NCBI GenBank assembly: GCA_045646905.1
Contig: JAZRLP010000022.1
Coordinates: 37,627 to 101,626 of the forward strand
Direction: 5' to 3'
Length of the DNA: 64,000 nt
From: Muribaculaceae bacterium
GTDB taxonomy: Bacteria > Bacteroidota > Bacteroidia > Bacteroidales > Muribaculaceae
Part shown: piece after piece, positions 43,697 to 51,530 of the stretch
Numbering within the stretch: the stretch's first letter is position 1
Layout: each line of letters opens with the position of its first letter
Notes under the pieces: generated by a model
Database searches by the model: none
The model's input: the letters and a program-made list of their open reading frames with translations, nothing else
What the model was told of the DNA's origin: nothing
Program-made: the position numbers and the translations under genes

Positions 43697-44476
43697 ATGA
43701 AGACATTTAGAAATTTATGTAATGGGGCTTGTTTGGCCCTTGTGTTGGCAACGATGACTGCTTGTGATGAGAATGCCGATGATGTAATTGTGAATTTTGA
43801 CGAAAATCCAACTGTAACATTTAATGCCGACGGCTATTGGAATGGTGTCTATGATGTTGTGGTTGACGCAGTTGAGTATGATGGCCTAATTTTTAGTCAT
43901 CAAGCATCGGCGACAGAGTGGGATGGGTATGTATATTATGCATGGTATGGATTTTGTCCGTCAAAATCTACCGATAACGCCAATCAAGGCGATGGCGATT
44001 GGACATCTCATCAATGGGGCTCAGTGACTGGAGGTGGCCTGGCTGGTGCAGGCGATGCTTATATTCTTGGCTGTTGGAATTCAAGTGAAGATATTGCAGC
44101 ACTACCAGCATCGGCAGCATGTGGTGTCTCATTTAAAGATGGGAAGTTTAATCCACAAGAGGTGTATGTTACTAATAGCGCTTGGGGATATTATGCAATG
44201 AGAGATGGTTCAGCTTTCAATAAGCAATTTACCGATGCCGATTGGTGTACTCTACACATCTATGGCGTAAAAGAAGGGAAAATCTCGGGTAAAATAGATG
44301 TGGCTCTTGCTAAGGGCACTTCCATTCTTAAAGACTGGAAGAAAGTGGACTTGACTCCTCTTGGAGAAGGAATTGATGTGGTTTATTTTCAAATGACATC
44401 ATCTGATACCGGTTCGTGGGGTATGAATAATCCAGCTTATTTCTGCCTTGATAACTTTATGATTGATATGCTATAA
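43697..44476 (+). CDS. DUF4465-like surface lipoprotein (B12-locus associated)
   Basis: 259 aa with a lipobox (TMTACDEN). The C-terminus (NPAYFCLDNFMI) and overall pattern resemble DUF4465 proteins found in Bacteroidetes B12 loci. It has its own riboswitch. Confidence 0.55.
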   Translation: MKTFRNLCNGACLALVLATMTACDENADDVIVNFDENPTVTFNADGYWNGVYDVVVDAVEYDGLIFSHQASATEWDGYVYYAWYGFCPSKSTDNANQGDGDWTSHQWGSVTGGGLAGAGDAYILGCWNSSEDIAALPASAACGVSFKDGKFNPQEVYVTNSAWGYYAMRDGSAFNKQFTDADWCTLHIYGVKEGKISGKIDVALAKGTSILKDWKKVDLTPLGEGIDVVYFQMTSSDTGSWGMNNPAYFCLDNFMIDML

Positions 44477-44520
44477 AATATGATATAATTAAGGGTAATA
44501 GATTGTTTTTTAGAAAACTT

Positions 44521-44556
44521 GGTGGTAGCACTCGTGAGAATGTTGCCACCTTTTTT
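44521..44556 (+). terminator. rho-independent terminator after the DUF4465-like gene
   Basis: GGTGGTAGCA...TGTTGCCACC imperfect stem followed by T6. Confidence 0.6.
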
Positions 44557-44597
44557 GTTACACCTATTCTTCCTTAAAAATACTTTTATTAACCTAT

Positions 44598-44640
44598 ATA
44601 AAAAACAATGAGCAGCATCTCACGACGTTGCTCATTGTTT
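44598..44640 (-). terminator. rho-independent terminator (minus strand)
   Basis: Stem CAATGAGCA/TGCTCATTG. The minus strand continues TTTTTTAT. Confidence 0.75.
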
Positions 44641-44765
44641 TATGACTTAAAGTCAAAAACTAACATAAAACAAATCTTTTTTCCTAAATCTAATAACTAA
44701 ATGAAATCAATTAACTTTTAAACCTTAAATATATATGAATTAAAGATGATATCTTTTTTTGTTTT
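44598..44765 (-). ncRNA. candidate small RNA, copy B (paralog of 36700..36920)
   Basis: Has a -7 box at 44772..44779 and its own terminator, distinct from that of the neighbouring + gene. Shares conserved blocks with copy A. Confidence 0.3.
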
Positions 44766-44771
44766 GCATTG

Positions 44772-44779
44772 CAAAATTA
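44772..44779 (-). promoter_or_regulatory. -7 promoter box TAATTTTG (minus strand) with no downstream gene
   Basis: Reverse complement of CAAAATTA. Confidence 0.45.
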
Positions 44780-44911
44780 CAACCTTTTTGTGGTGCTATG
44801 TTTTATATATAGGTAAAATATAAAAATATTTCAAGTTTATATAAGATTGATTTGTTTGATTATCAGTTTAATGACTATTTTTATGGGGTATAGAAAATAT
44901 AACTATATATA

Positions 44912-46483
44912 TTACGAAATTGAGCCTATTTTCATCACATCTGAGTCGAAAGTAATGCGATTTATGGCTTTACTTTTTAATTTGTTTCGATAGGTGTATA
45001 TCGTATTAAGTGATAAGCCGAGGAATCGTGATATTTGTTCGCTATCATCTATTCCTAATCTTAAGAATGCAAGTATTCGCAGTTCGGTGTTAAGTCTCAA
45101 TGCTGGAAGATCAATGCGTTTGTCGGGTTGAAGCAATGCATTTACATCGTTAACAAATGTGGGGTAAATGTGAATGAATGCATTGTCAAAAATTTTGTAG
45201 AACATTTGACTTTGTTCATTTAGCATTGATTCTGATTCAATCAATGTGTATAAATCGGCAGTTTGATTAGCTTTGAGTTTTCGCTTTGCTACGCGGTGAA
45301 ACTCTTCAAGTTTTTCGATATATATTGAACTCAACGATAGGAATTGGCTTATATAGGTATCTTTTGTTACATTGGCTTGCGCTAATTTTGCTTTTAGTTC
45401 CGATAGTTTTTTCATCTCTTTTCTTAAGAAAATGAGGCTATACACTATGATTGTTAGTGCTATAATGAGGGCAATTATAAGCCAAGTGAGAAGTGTAAGA
45501 CGATTTTGATCGTTGGTTCTAATGGTTTGGGCAATAATGGGGTAAACCTCGGCAGTTTGTAATGCTCTAATGCGCGACCCCGATTCAATGGCATTATTAA
45601 GAGAGAGCACGAGGTAGTCGTAGGCTAAATCTACATTCCCCTGTTTTGATAATATAACGCCCAAGTTTTGTAAAGCAGTGCCCTCAAGAGTGCCTGAATA
45701 AATATCGGAGAGTGAAGCCAATATCAAATAATATGTTTCCTCCTCGACTTTTCCTATTGTGCCATAGTATTCGGCCAAATGACTCGCAGCACGAGCAAAA
45801 TTAGATTGGGCGATATCTTCTTTGTTAATAATCTCTTTTAGCTCTGAAACCATTAAAGGCAGATTCTTTTTAAGAGAATGTATTTGGGCAAGATATAATT
45901 GAGCATCGGTTGTCGATTTGTCAATTATAGAATAAAGTGAGTCAGTTGCAAGTAAAGCGCGATTTTCATATTTTAATCTATCAATATAGTCTTGAGGGTA
46001 GAATGATGCAATAAAATAGAACAAACGATTGCCTACCTCGTAGTAGTGTTGCTTATTTTGTGCAAATATTTTTGCTCCTATAGAGTCATATTTTTCAATT
46101 GATTCTTTCACAATACCTTGAACTGGTTCAATGGCAATTTTTGATAGTAGCAATGATTGTTGAGTAATGCTGTCGTGAGCTAAAACGGCTTCATCTATTC
46201 CTTTTTGATAATAAACTAACGCCGAGTCAATGTTGCATTTGCAATACAAATCGCCAATTTGTTTATATAAGTTAGCATTTGATTGACCATTTTTAGTTGA
46301 TAACACCTTAAGCGAATCAATTAAATTTATTCGCTTGCTCATATACTCATCTTGTTTTTTGATTGTAGCATTGAGTTGGTCTAACGCGTCATCTACCGAT
46401 TGTGGGAGTGTAGTCGCATGAGCAATATGAGTATTAAATATTAATGCGATGATTGCTGTAATTATTGTATAATGAAATCGCAT
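44912..46483 (-). CDS. membrane-anchored TPR-repeat transcriptional regulator (DUF6377-like; signal peptide - TPR - TM - coiled coil - HTH)
   Basis: 523 aa with an N-terminal signal, TPR-like helical repeats and a TM helix (LTWLIIALIIALTIIVYSLIFL). The C-terminal HTH-like segment is ELRILAFLRLGIDDSEQISRFLGLSLNTIYTYRNKLKSK. Confidence 0.6.
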   Translation of the reverse strand: MRFHYTIITAIIALIFNTHIAHATTLPQSVDDALDQLNATIKKQDEYMSKRINLIDSLKVLSTKNGQSNANLYKQIGDLYCKCNIDSALVYYQKGIDEAVLAHDSITQQSLLLSKIAIEPVQGIVKESIEKYDSIGAKIFAQNKQHYYEVGNRLFYFIASFYPQDYIDRLKYENRALLATDSLYSIIDKSTTDAQLYLAQIHSLKKNLPLMVSELKEIINKEDIAQSNFARAASHLAEYYGTIGKVEEETYYLILASLSDIYSGTLEGTALQNLGVILSKQGNVDLAYDYLVLSLNNAIESGSRIRALQTAEVYPIIAQTIRTNDQNRLTLLTWLIIALIIALTIIVYSLIFLRKEMKKLSELKAKLAQANVTKDTYISQFLSLSSIYIEKLEEFHRVAKRKLKANQTADLYTLIESESMLNEQSQMFYKIFDNAFIHIYPTFVNDVNALLQPDKRIDLPALRLNTELRILAFLRLGIDDSEQISRFLGLSLNTIYTYRNKLKSKAINRITFDSDVMKIGSIS

Positions 46484-46525
46484 AATGAATATTGTTTAGG
46501 TATTAATATTTAGGTTTATAGTCCT

Positions 46526-47530
46526 TTAAAGCGTGATAGTCTCATCGGGTAAGAAGTCGCGAGATGCAGTAGTCCCTATTACTTCATCCCATTTCATAGG
46601 TGAAATGCCACCACCTGGGCGTTTAACAGTGAGATTCTCTTCGGTAAAAAGTTCTCCTTTTTTTATAGTGCTTGCAGCTACGATGCTTTTGCGAGCAATG
46701 GCTATATTTTTTCGTTCTGAATTGGTAACCTCTTTTACCCCGTTTCCAAGTGCTTCCTCTATGTGACGAATCGACTCAACCATCATTTTGAGTTGATGAG
46801 GTTCGAGGGAGGCTTTGTGGTCGGGGCCAGGGAGATTGTTGTCGAGAGTGAAATGCTTTTCAATTACAGTTGCACCAAGGGCAACAGCTGCTATAGGCAC
46901 CTCAATACCACGAGTGTGATCGCTATAACCTACTTGCACGTTAAATCGGTTGGCGATGTCGTGCATGGCTCGCAGATTGACATCGGCCCATGGAGTTGGG
47001 TATTCAGTGTTACAGTGAAGTAGCGTAATATCTTTAAGTGCAGTGCCATTGTTGGTAAGAATCGATAAGGCCGCTTCAATATCTTCAACACTACACATGC
47101 CAGTTGACATGATTACCTTGCCACCTTTTTGAGCAATGCGTCGTAGGTAGGGCAAGTTGGTGATTTCGCCCGAGGGGATTTTCCAAAGGTCGAGGTTGAG
47201 TGATGAGAGAAAATCAATGCTCTCTATATCAAATGCCGTGGAAAGAAACTTTATACCACACTTTTTGCAATGCTCGATGAGCAATAAATGGTCATTTTGC
47301 GACAATTCAAGTTGTTGTAGCATTTTTAATTGAGAGTCTTCTCCATCGGTGTTTGCCTTTTGATATTCGGCTTTAGTGGCATGGCGCGAAACGAGTTTTT
47401 CCGATTTGAATGTTTGGAATTTTACATAGTCAACGCCCGCTTCAGCAGCTTTTTCTATGAGCTGTAGAGCCATCTCTATGTTCCCATTGTGATTTACACC
47501 CGCTTCGGCTATAATTAAAGTCTTGCTCAT
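46526..47530 (-). CDS. neuB: N-acetylneuraminate synthase family enzyme (NeuB/LegI/PseI-type nonulosonic acid synthase)
   Basis: Has IIAEAGVNHNG, FQTFK and a C-terminal SAF domain (FTEENLTVKRPGGGISP). Which sugar it makes cannot be decided by eye. Confidence 0.85.
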   Translation of the reverse strand: MSKTLIIAEAGVNHNGNIEMALQLIEKAAEAGVDYVKFQTFKSEKLVSRHATKAEYQKANTDGEDSQLKMLQQLELSQNDHLLLIEHCKKCGIKFLSTAFDIESIDFLSSLNLDLWKIPSGEITNLPYLRRIAQKGGKVIMSTGMCSVEDIEAALSILTNNGTALKDITLLHCNTEYPTPWADVNLRAMHDIANRFNVQVGYSDHTRGIEVPIAAVALGATVIEKHFTLDNNLPGPDHKASLEPHQLKMMVESIRHIEEALGNGVKEVTNSERKNIAIARKSIVAASTIKKGELFTEENLTVKRPGGGISPMKWDEVIGTTASRDFLPDETITL

Positions 47531-48165
47531 TTCGCTTTTATTTTAAGAATGGCAGGATTGCCCGAATATATGCCTTTTACATGGAACGATTTGCGCACAA
47601 GCGAGCCAGCGCCTATTACGCAACCATCGCATATTGATGTGCCGTTGGCCATAACTGATTGACTGCCGAGAAAAACATCATTTCCTACAATGCAACCACC
47701 ATTGACCATCGCACCAGTAGATATGTGGCAATAGTCGCCCACTACTGCATCGTGTTCAATGTTGCTATGAGTATTTATGATGCACCCCGTACCTATTTTT
47801 GCATTGGCATTGACCATTGCAAAGTGCATTATAACTGTTCCCTCTCCGATGGTGGCTCGTTTAGATACATATGCGGTTGAGGCAATGATGGTGGCAAGCG
47901 AACCTCCTATAGCTCTGATTTGGTCGTGAAGTCGCTTGCGTAGCGAAGGGTCTTTAATGCTTCCTACGGTTACGATAAACTGTGCCTTATCGACATATTG
48001 AGCCATATCGTCGTCGTTGCCTATAACTTTGTAGCCCAATATCTCTTTGCCCAATTCAGATGGATGGTCAAGGATGCCAAGAATGTTATATCCACATGAT
48101 TCGGCTACTTCAATAACCGATTTGCAGTGACCGCCACCTCCCACGAGAATCAGATTTTTGTCCAT
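47527..48165 (-). CDS. NeuD/PglD/LegH-type hexapeptide-repeat acetyltransferase
   Basis: Has an N-terminal Rossmann-like LILVGGGGHCKSVIEV and a left-handed beta-helix hexapeptide C-terminal half. Confidence 0.8.
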   Translation of the reverse strand: MDKNLILVGGGGHCKSVIEVAESCGYNILGILDHPSELGKEILGYKVIGNDDDMAQYVDKAQFIVTVGSIKDPSLRKRLHDQIRAIGGSLATIIASTAYVSKRATIGEGTVIMHFAMVNANAKIGTGCIINTHSNIEHDAVVGDYCHISTGAMVNGGCIVGNDVFLGSQSVMANGTSICDGCVIGAGSLVRKSFHVKGIYSGNPAILKIKAK

Positions 48166-48177
48166 GTCTAGGAATGT

Positions 48178-49164
48178 TTATACATTATAGATGTTTGATT
48201 TATATTTTTTGAGGTTTTCTTCGCAAGTGAACCATTTAATAGTCTCTTCAAGGCCGCGACGAATGTCGTATTGGGGTTCAAAGCCGGTAAGACCTTTGAT
48301 TTTGGTGTTATCACCCCATAAACGGAATACCTCGGAATTTTTTGGACGAAGGCGTTGAGTGTCTTCTACAAAATTCACCTTTTTGCCCATTATCTCGGCA
48401 ATGAGATTGAGAGTGTCGCGCATTGAGATTTCATAATTGCTACACACATTTACTTCTTGTCCTATTGCGTCATCGCAGTCGGCAAGTTGGATAAAGCCTC
48501 GGCAAGTGTCTTTTACGAAATTGAAATCGCGAGTAGGAGTGAGGTCTCCAAGTTTTATTTCGGTAGCACCATTGGCTATTTGAGTGATTATTGTGGGTAT
48601 GATGGCGCGCGCACTTTGACGGGGGCCATAGGTGTTGAAAGGACGCACGATAACCACTGGTAATTCAAATGCGTTATAAAAACTCATTGCCATAGCATCG
48701 GCTCCGATTTTTGTTGCAGAGTAGGGCGATTGAGGTTGCTTGGGGTGCTTCTCATCGATGGGAACATATTGTGCCGTGCCATAAACCTCTGATGTTGAAG
48801 TGACAAGCACTCGGCGCACTCCATTCTCTTTAGCTGCTTGGCAAATGTTGAGAGTCCCTTTTACATTTGTGTCAACATAACTATCGGGAGCGACATATGA
48901 GTATGGTATTGCAATCAATGCTGCTAAATGGAATATTGTGTCAACATCGCGTGAAATATGTTTGCAATAATGAGGGTCACGCACATCGCCAGTAACTACC
49001 TCGAGGTTAGGGTGATTTAGCCCTTCGAGCCAGCCCCAGTTGTTGAATGAGTTATATTGTGATAATGCGCGCACTTTATAGCCCTCTTCAAGTAACATTT
49101 CGGTCAAGTGTGAACCTATGAAGCCATCGGCGCCGGTCACAAGCATGATTTTGTTTTTGTCCAT
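48178..49164 (-). CDS. SDR-family NAD-dependent sugar-nucleotide 4,6-dehydratase (LegB-like)
   Basis: Has VTGADGFIGSHL, SQYNSFNNWGWLE (as I recall for LegB-type enzymes), SEVYG and a YSATK catalytic motif. Confidence 0.7.
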   Translation of the reverse strand: MDKNKIMLVTGADGFIGSHLTEMLLEEGYKVRALSQYNSFNNWGWLEGLNHPNLEVVTGDVRDPHYCKHISRDVDTIFHLAALIAIPYSYVAPDSYVDTNVKGTLNICQAAKENGVRRVLVTSTSEVYGTAQYVPIDEKHPKQPQSPYSATKIGADAMAMSFYNAFELPVVIVRPFNTYGPRQSARAIIPTIITQIANGATEIKLGDLTPTRDFNFVKDTCRGFIQLADCDDAIGQEVNVCSNYEISMRDTLNLIAEIMGKKVNFVEDTQRLRPKNSEVFRLWGDNTKIKGLTGFEPQYDIRRGLEETIKWFTCEENLKKYKSNIYNV

Positions 49165-49199
49165 CGTATGTATTGCTTTTTAATTATTATCAAAGTATG

Positions 49200-49673
49200 T
49201 TATGCCCATCGTTTAAAATGGTAAGTATATTCAACTCCATCGGACGAATGATAGATAAGTATCATTTTTTTGCCGTTGAGTTCTTTTATGTCAAGAGTTG
49301 ATATTGTTGCTTTAGGGAGATGTGTTTCTATCAATGGCGAATATTTAGCCGACCCTGGCTGGGTATTGTTGTTGTCGGTATGAGTGAAGTTTAGGACCAA
49401 TTGAGTCTCGTTATTTGCATAACTCCAAGTGCCCCACGATTCACTTCGGTCGTGAGTGGTGTCATTGGTTCTAATCATACTCATCACTGATGCTTGAAAT
49501 TTCCATATTACATTGCTCGACTTGGCATAACTCGCGTCAATTTCACCATTAATGGTGATTGACTCAAGCTTCCATGTGCCAAAGAGGTCACCTATGTCAC
49601 CATTGTTGTGAGTGCAAGCATTTAATGACAATGCGATGATTATTAATGCTATGATGCGAGTCGCAATATTCAT
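49200..49673 (-). CDS. lipocalin-like domain lipoprotein
   Basis: Internal ATG gives MNIATRIIALIIIALSLNAC (lipobox). Has a GTWKLESI motif. The start overlaps the upstream stop (ATGA). Confidence 0.6.
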   Translation of the reverse strand: MNIATRIIALIIIALSLNACTHNNGDIGDLFGTWKLESITINGEIDASYAKSSNVIWKFQASVMSMIRTNDTTHDRSESWGTWSYANNETQLVLNFTHTDNNNTQPGSAKYSPLIETHLPKATISTLDIKELNGKKMILIYHSSDGVEYTYHFKRWA

Positions 49674-51205
49674 TTCTTTCCAATATTTAGGAGTCCGTTG
49701 TAAGTAACTGTTACGCATGAACCAAAGTTGTTACCAAGCATTGACCCTTGGTCAAATGCTACTTGAGCCTTAACAGAGAGCCCTTTGACTGTGGGTGGAT
49801 TATAATTAACTTCGGCCATAAGTGAAGTGTTTTCTACTGCATTTGCACGAGGAATGCGACCATCCCCCCATGCTTTACGATAGCCACCGAGTAATCGGTA
49901 GTCAATGTGAGAGTTTATATTCCCCATCAATCCCACATGGAAACCTCTCACAAGGTTGTCAACAAACATAGGGTAGCCATCGGTGTTGTATATGGGTGAA
50001 CGCAAAAATGGAGAGCCTATAGCCATGCCATAGTGGGCATAGGAGTTGTAAAAAGCATTGTTGTAATACTCATCGCCTCCAGTTGCTTGGTCGGTAATTG
50101 TTGTTCCAGGACTATCGGCCGATGCCCAATGCAGTGGACCCGATTGGTTGGTAAAATCGAGATATTCAATTACAGCCCCATTTACCCATCCTTTATCGGC
50201 TTTTTTGTATTCAATACCCCAAATGCCATCAAACCCGTTTAGTTTGCCGATGCCCGAACCATCTTCCCATGGCCATTGAAAATAGGCTTTTAATTCATCA
50301 TCGTTTTTAAGACGATAGCGCGCCATAAAATCCCAACTACCAAGGTGGTTGCCTGCCACAAAGCCCTCTTTGTCGCTCAATCGTGGGATAAACATCTCAA
50401 ACATGTCTTTGATAGTGGCAGTGCGATGGTCGGTTCGATAGTTCTCGCCATTGCGATAATTTTCGGTGTAACCACCAAATTGGGCTGCTGCTTGTGCGCC
50501 TATCGTAACCGAGAATCGTTCGCTAGGCTTTGTGCGAAAATAGGCGCGTTTATATGAATACCAAGTGTCTTGTGAAATGTGGCTATTGTAGTGGTTGTAG
50601 TGATTTCTCACCCAATCGTTGTCGGTAACTTTCCCATATGAGATTTCTCCACATATTTGTACCCAACCATTGGTGAATGGTATGTTTTGGAAATCGATGA
50701 ATCCAGCACGCACTTCGGGTATAGGGCGAGAGTTGCCACTTTCGATTAAATCGCCACTTGTGAGTTTATTATTTAATAATTTAGATTGTTGTTCTTTGAG
50801 ACCTACAGTGAGAAATACACCTCGATATTTCACCTCTCCATATAGTTGTTGCAACCATATATAGGCGGGCTTTTCGCTGTGAGGAATAAATTCTTTTATA
50901 TCAAAGTTGTATTTAAGATAATCAACGCTCGAGCTCCAGCCTGTGAGGAAATCCACGCCAAATCCATAACTAAAACGAGTGTCGGTAGAGAGTGGCTTCC
51001 ATGCTTTCATGCGTAGCAGCGCATTATCACTTTGCGTTACGATGCCATGGTTGAGCGATGAAATATAGTAGGGCGCAAAATCGCCTGAACCCAATGTCCC
51101 TATTATATCGGCTTTGTAGTTGATAGGAACTTCGGCATTTGCAATTGAGGCGATGCACAATGTTGCAATTAGCGATATTCGACGAATTGATGTATTGATG
51201 CCCAT
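49670..51205 (-). CDS. outer-membrane protein, possibly capsule assembly Wzi family
   Basis: 511 aa with a signal peptide. It is beta-strand-rich with a C-terminal aromatic region. Context is next to a flippase and sugar genes. The family assignment is from memory only. Confidence 0.45.
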   Translation of the reverse strand: MGINTSIRRISLIATLCIASIANAEVPINYKADIIGTLGSGDFAPYYISSLNHGIVTQSDNALLRMKAWKPLSTDTRFSYGFGVDFLTGWSSSVDYLKYNFDIKEFIPHSEKPAYIWLQQLYGEVKYRGVFLTVGLKEQQSKLLNNKLTSGDLIESGNSRPIPEVRAGFIDFQNIPFTNGWVQICGEISYGKVTDNDWVRNHYNHYNSHISQDTWYSYKRAYFRTKPSERFSVTIGAQAAAQFGGYTENYRNGENYRTDHRTATIKDMFEMFIPRLSDKEGFVAGNHLGSWDFMARYRLKNDDELKAYFQWPWEDGSGIGKLNGFDGIWGIEYKKADKGWVNGAVIEYLDFTNQSGPLHWASADSPGTTITDQATGGDEYYNNAFYNSYAHYGMAIGSPFLRSPIYNTDGYPMFVDNLVRGFHVGLMGNINSHIDYRLLGGYRKAWGDGRIPRANAVENTSLMAEVNYNPPTVKGLSVKAQVAFDQGSMLGNNFGSCVTVTYNGLLNIGKK

Positions 51206-51270
51206 TAACTTCTATTGTAATTATTAAAGTGTAAAGATAGTAATAAAAAATGTGAGCATCATAATTTTGC

Positions 51271-51304
51271 ATGAAAAAAGGTGATAAAATAATTTATCAC
51301 CTTT
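51271..51304 (-). terminator. strong hairpin plus U-run between the flippase and Wzi-like genes
   Basis: Minus strand: AAAGGTGATAAA-TTAT-TTTATCACCTTT followed by TTTT. Confidence 0.7.
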
Positions 51305-51427
51305 AACTCGTTACATCTTTAAGATGTGATTTTGTGAAAAAATAAGTGAATCACAGACAATCCAAATATCCATAAACAAAAGCTAGATTAAGATATAATG
51401 CATTAAGCCATGAATCTTAATGCAATG

Positions 51428-51435
51428 CAAAATTA
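51428..51435 (-). promoter_or_regulatory. -7 promoter box TAATTTTG (minus strand)
   Basis: Reverse complement of CAAAATTA, about 125 nt upstream of the 51271..51304 hairpin. Confidence 0.45.
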
Positions 51436-51530
51436 CATCTATCTATAATAAATGCAAATATTTTTAGGGTAAAATATTGTTAAAAATAAGGGCTGAAAAA
51501 GATGCTTGAATGAGATTAATGAGTTAAGAC

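Noticed and set aside
51262-51269. Plus-strand TAATTTTG box (and a plus-strand TAAATTTG at 17001..17008) suggesting antisense transcripts
   Set aside because: No terminator or ORF follows in the + direction. In AT-rich spacers this 6-specified-base motif is expected by chance, so I kept only boxes with a coherent downstream feature.
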